A program made the position numbers and the translations under genes. Below, piece after piece: positions 59,431 to 64,000 of a stretch of 64,000 bases of DNA. The notes beneath the pieces are model-generated. The model had not been told where the DNA came from, made no database searches, and saw only the letters and a list, made by a program, of their open reading frames with translations. Source of the stretch: an uncultured virus (IMG/VR IMGVR_UViG_3300020048_000037) (taxonomy: Duplodnaviria > Heunggongvirae > Uroviricota > Caudoviricetes); the IMG/VR virus record IMGVR_UViG_3300020048_000037, one strand, 5' to 3'. The stretch's first letter is position 1, and each line of letters opens with the position of its first letter.

Positions 59431-62400
59431 AAGTTAAATTTATTTGCATCTAATTCAAAATTCTCTACTTTTATTTTACCCATAAATGTACCATAATCTG
59501 GATTATTTAAAAAATATAATATCCAATCAATATAGTCATTTTTTTTATCATATTCACCTCTTAATCTATCAAAAGGCCGTTCTAAGTGTTTACATATAAA
59601 TACATCAGTATCGTCATCAACATACATATTTCTCCAATCTTTTATAGTATCATCAGGTACACCAATTTTTCTTAATGATATTTCAAAATATGGACTTAAT
59701 AGAGTTGTCATCCAATATTTATCGAAATGATTTTCAAAATTCTCAATTTTTTTAATATATTTCATATGTTAAATTTTTTTGCATTTTTTCTCATATTAAT
59801 ATTATTAATATCATCGTCAGTTAATATGAATACTTTATCCTCATCTAAAACTTTTATATATTCTGACTCTCTTTTTGTGTTTAGATATTCTTCCCATAAT
59901 GTTTCATCATTATTATATTCACCTCTATATCTACCTTTACCTATTAAATATTTTTTACCAAATGGATATTCTTTTGGAATCTCACCTATAATCTCATCAA
60001 AATCAAAAGAATTAATATCACTACTTTCGTTATTATACGGTCTATAAGATGTACAAATTATATATGGAGATTTAAAATAATTTATTTTATTTTTAAAATT
60101 AAATTCATATGCAAATTTAAATTTTCTTTCTGATAATTTATCTGTCCAAACATAACCAAAAGTTATTATATCACTAACAACCGTTCTAAAATCAGAATAA
60201 TATAAATATCCATACTCTACAGCTAATCTTAAATTATGAACTTCATCATCTGTCATATTATAATGATTAATGACTTGTTTTAAATATTCTTCTGAGTGCT
60301 TTCCAGATCCGCTAGATAGAAACGTTGTTAGTTTGTTAATATCATCAGATTCTAATATATTTTCAAAATTCTTTATATATTTCATAAGTTAAATTTTTTT
60401 GCATTAACTACAATTTCTAATTTAGTATTAACATCATTGTATATATTATCTAAAATACTTAAATCATCAACATCATCTATTTTTATTATATGAGATGTTG
60501 GATAATAATCAGAATGATCAATTTCAAAACTTTCAATAACAGTATTAAAAACTTCAGATAAAATTTTATTATTACTTGTATATTCATTCTGTATATAAAT
60601 ATAATTAGATATAATATTTAATTCTAATCCAGTTATTCTATTATATGTAATTAATCTGAATGTGTATAAATCAACATATTTATAATTATATTTTATAGTA
60701 ATTTCGCCAGAACTATCATAATATATTTTAACTGTAGATTTATTAAGTCCATCACTTTTTTTTAATAATAATAGAAGTGATTTTAACTTTTCTGCAAAAG
60801 GTTTAAATATATTATTATTGGCAGCATTATCACTATGTTTCAATAAATATTCAAATGTTTTAATATATTTCATATGTTAAATTTTTTTGCATCTATTTTA
60901 TATTTTAAATCTTCTTTATTTTCAGATTTATCAATTATACTACTTAATAAAAAATCTCTAAATCCTTTACCTATTTGTAAATTATTTGTATTAAACCCGA
61001 ATAAATATTGTATATCTGATGGAATATCTTCATATTCAACTTCTATTGATGTATAATCATTATTGTAATCAATATTAAGTATTTTGCCAATATTATCAGC
61101 AAGAAATTTATTAAGATTAATATTATTCATTGTAGAGTTCATTAATACATAATCGCCAATTTTTGGCTCAGTATTTAAATCTTCAAATGTTTTTATATAT
61201 TTCATATGTTAAATTTATTTGCCTCAATTTTTATTTTTAACTCTTCTTCTGTTTTACCATATGCTATCAAAAGTTCAATATCAAATATCCTAGTACCATC
61301 TTTAAAAAATAACTCTATATTATCTGGAATATTTTCATATTTAACTCTAATTTTATAATCAACTACATCATCAGGATAAACTGAAACTACTCTACCTATT
61401 GATGATGTTATAAAATTTTTAACATCATATGTACCATAAGTATTCATCAATATATAATCTCCATCTTCTGGTAAATTAATGTGTTTTTCAAATGTTTTTA
61501 TATATTTCATAAGTTAAATTTTTTAGAATTTAATATTATTTCCAAATCTTCTTTATTTTTAGAATATTTGTAAATCATATATGATGGAAAATCCACTCTA
61601 TATTTATCGTTTTTTGTTTTTATAAACATATTAGCACATTCAACAGGAACATTGCTATAACTTACTTCAATATTATAATATTTTAAAATAACCTCTTGTC
61701 TATAATTATGACTATATACAGGTGTTATTTTAACTATTCTACCAATTGTATTATTAATAAAATCTCTATATAAATCAAAGTAAGCTGTTATAATTATTAA
61801 CACATAATCTCCAACTTTATAATCAATCAAACTTTCAAACGTTTTTATATATTTCATAAGTTAAATTTTAATGTTGAGTTTACTAATTCTGGATCTTTAA
61901 GTGTTCGATATAAATCTAACCACTTTTTAATATCTTCTTCTTCATCGTCATCATATCTCCATTGATCTGGAAACAATGGATCATGACTAATTTCTTCATC
62001 ATCATATAGAATTGTAAAGTCTTCATCTTGCAACACTTTAATCTCATCAATTGTCATTCTAATAATACTTCTATGTGCAAGAGAATATACATTAATCATA
62101 CTTCTATATGACTTTAGAAATTTTTTAATATCTTCTTCTTCATCATCATATCTCCATTGATTAGGTAAATTTTTATCATAACTAATTTCTTCATCATCAT
62201 AAAGGATAGTAAAATCATTCTCTATTAATTCATCAAGTTCTTCTTTATTTACAGTTATGATACTACTATCTGATAAACTATATAAATCTATCAACTTGTT
62301 TTTACTTGCTTCAAATGTTTTTATATATTTCATACGTTAAATTTTATTGTATCTTTATTCAATCTCATAAATTCATCTAAGTTTTCAATATTTATTTTAG

Positions 62401-62650
62401 TTCCATTTTCATCAACTAATATATAATTATATTTAAGTTTTCCGTTAGTAAGCAAATATTCTTCAACACTATAATAAATCAAAGATTTCATATCATCATT
62501 AGTCATATTTTCTCTATGATAATCCATATAATAATTAGTATTAATAATTTTATTAAATGTTATATCAAGTTTATCTGCACTTAAATCAACTATCACATGA
62601 ACTCCAGTATTGTTTATATCAGTACTCTCATTAAACTTTCTTACTATCAT
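59427..62650 (-). other. Array of eight MK..FE/KFNL ORFs (59427, 59762, 60382, 60870, 61202, 61507, 61854, 62330), all ATGA-overlapped
   Basis: Five start exactly MKYIKTFE; all end KFN(L/I/V). Confidence 0.85.
61854..62333 (-). CDS. KFNL family protein with internal tandem duplication
   Basis: DFTILYDDEEIS...QWRYDD(D)EEEDIKK occurs twice. Confidence 0.75.
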   Translation of the reverse strand: MKYIKTFEASKNKLIDLYSLSDSSIITVNKEELDELIENDFTILYDDEEISYDKNLPNQWRYDDEEEDIKKFLKSYRSMINVYSLAHRSIIRMTIDEIKVLQDEDFTILYDDEEISHDPLFPDQWRYDDDEEEDIKKWLDLYRTLKDPELVNSTLKFNL

Positions 62651-62778
62651 AATTAAAAACTAATATTTTTAACTATATATAAAAAATATAAGGTAAAAAT
62701 TATTTTTAATAAATGTATGATATATCATTCACTATCTAAAAAAATGTTGATTAATGAATGAGTTATCATTCAAAAAAT

Positions 62779-62836
62779 ATAACATCTGATATATCAATAC
62801 AAAATAGTACATTTGTATTGATATATCAGATGTTAT
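62779..62836. repeat. Perfect 25-bp inverted repeat with 8-nt loop
   Basis: ATAACATCTGATATATCAATACAAA-N8-TTTGTATTGATATATCAGATGTTAT. Confidence 0.9.
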
Positions 62837-62870
62837 GTCTCATTAAAACAAATCATTTTTTAAAAACAAT

Positions 62871-63371
62871 TTAAAATTCAGAATTACCAGTTCCTTTATA
62901 AATTAATTTGATAGCTTTTACTGGTATGTTTTCAAATGTAATTATATGATAATTTTTATATTCGTTATTTGGTAGTTTAATTTTTCTACCATTATAAACT
63001 GCAAATTGTTCATTATCGTTTGAAAAATTTGGGTCTTCAAACCATTTATTTGTAATTTTTTCTGTATCTATTTGATAAATATCATCGTCATATGTGCTAT
63101 CAAACCAATCTTCTTTTTTATCTGAGTTTGTTGCAAATATCACCTCACCTTCAATTTTTGTATCTGAAAGCCAAGTTTCACTTTTTCCTTTTACTTTTAA
63201 TCCATCCTTTAAAATATCATTTCTAAAAAATGGATTTGATGAATGATATATAAATTTATTTACATTAACTGGTTTATATTTAAATTTACTCAATTCTTCT
63301 CTAATCAATTTACATATAAAATCTTCCTGCTTTGTAATCATAATATTAAGTTTTTTTATAAATATAGACAA
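62871..63371 (-). CDS. ADP-ribosyltransferase/Tpt1-fold candidate
   Basis: IYHSS..ILKDGL, IFAT, YQID, ENIPVKAI. Confidence 0.45.
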   Translation of the reverse strand: MSIFIKKLNIMITKQEDFICKLIREELSKFKYKPVNVNKFIYHSSNPFFRNDILKDGLKVKGKSETWLSDTKIEGEVIFATNSDKKEDWFDSTYDDDIYQIDTEKITNKWFEDPNFSNDNEQFAVYNGRKIKLPNNEYKNYHIITFENIPVKAIKLIYKGTGNSEF

Positions 63372-63432
63372 ATTAAATTTAATTTTTTAATATTGACTAA
63401 TATATCAGATATTATTAATTTGTTATTTACTA

Positions 63433-63843
63433 TTAAAGATTCAAATCTTGAATTACTTCTTCAATTTCTGAATAGAATATTTCTCGAATGTCTGTTTCTT
63501 CACCATATAAATTAAAACCTTCAACAGACACTTCATAATCTTTCCAATTTACTAATTCATCTTTATATTCTGTTGTTGTATCAAAATCTTGTTTGTTTAA
63601 AATAATATCTGGAACTTCAATGTCAAATGTTCTTTCTAATTCATCACCATCACCTTTAAGTAAAACTCGAACACGAAATACACCACTATTAAACTCTCTA
63701 TCAAATTCAGTATCATGTTTTGATATAAATCCGTTTTTTCTTAACATTTGTGTAAAACAAATGATATTATTACACACTGGTTTTGAACCCAACATTTTAC
63801 CTTCATTCATAAATTGTTTGAATTTTTTAACTTTATCACTCAT
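63433..63843 (-). CDS. Acidic protein with capsid-targeting-like leader
   Basis: MSDKVKKFKQFMNE; TAATATATAA upstream. Confidence 0.55.
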   Translation of the reverse strand: MSDKVKKFKQFMNEGKMLGSKPVCNNIICFTQMLRKNGFISKHDTEFDREFNSGVFRVRVLLKGDGDELERTFDIEVPDIILNKQDFDTTTEYKDELVNWKDYEVSVEGFNLYGEETDIREIFYSEIEEVIQDLNL

Positions 63844-63885
63844 AATTTTTTTATTTTTATATATTAAAAATTAATATATAAACTT

Positions 63886-64000
63886 ATGAAATATTTAAAA
63901 TCATTCGAAGAAATAAAAGTTTATCAAAAACATTACGATCCTTATTATTTACTTAATCTTGTTTCTTATAAATATAACATTGAAGAAATGCTGATTAATC
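63886..64000 (+). CDS. MK..FE family protein, truncated by window end
   Basis: TAATATATA-AACTT-ATG then MKYLKSFEE. Confidence 0.7.
   Translation, partial: MKYLKSFEEIKVYQKHYDPYYLLNLVSYKYNIEEMLIN

Overview
This is a very AT-rich, gene-dense scaffold with 10-N assembly gaps. It reads as the accessory region of a large (jumbo-type) tailed phage genome. Repeated TTTG-N19-20-TAnnTTTG promoters and no obvious Shine-Dalgarno motifs point to a Bacteroidota host. No capsid or polymerase genes are in the window. Recognisable cargo: (1) RNA-repair and tRNA enzymes: CCA-adding enzyme, DRB0094-type RNA ligase, cyclic-phosphate receiver-like protein, metallophosphoesterase, RlmN-like radical SAM. (2) NAD/ADP-ribose enzymes: NadD, NadM-like, NADAR, LOG, two ART-fold candidates. 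(3) Others: MgtC, a J-domain protein, two homing-type endonucleases, an IS200/IS605 element (intact tnpB, dead tnpA) and a full-length major vault protein homologue. The main unexplained pattern is two large families of small tagged proteins. About 26 ORFs start MK(Y/H)(I/L)K(T)FE, resembling the T4 capsid-targeting sequence, and end K(F/Y)N(L/I). They sit in stop/start-overlapping arrays behind a WATATATA motif. About 40 other ORFs end in a basic R-K-x-K-L-x-K-(L/I) tail, mostly in host-sigma operons. Also present: a CRISPR-like 36-nt repeat/30-nt spacer array read in-frame inside an ORF, three tRNA-like genes with scrambled anticodon arms, and two candidate structured ncRNAs. All calls come from motif recognition by eye; no searches were run. 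Many other short ORFs are hypothetical and not listed.
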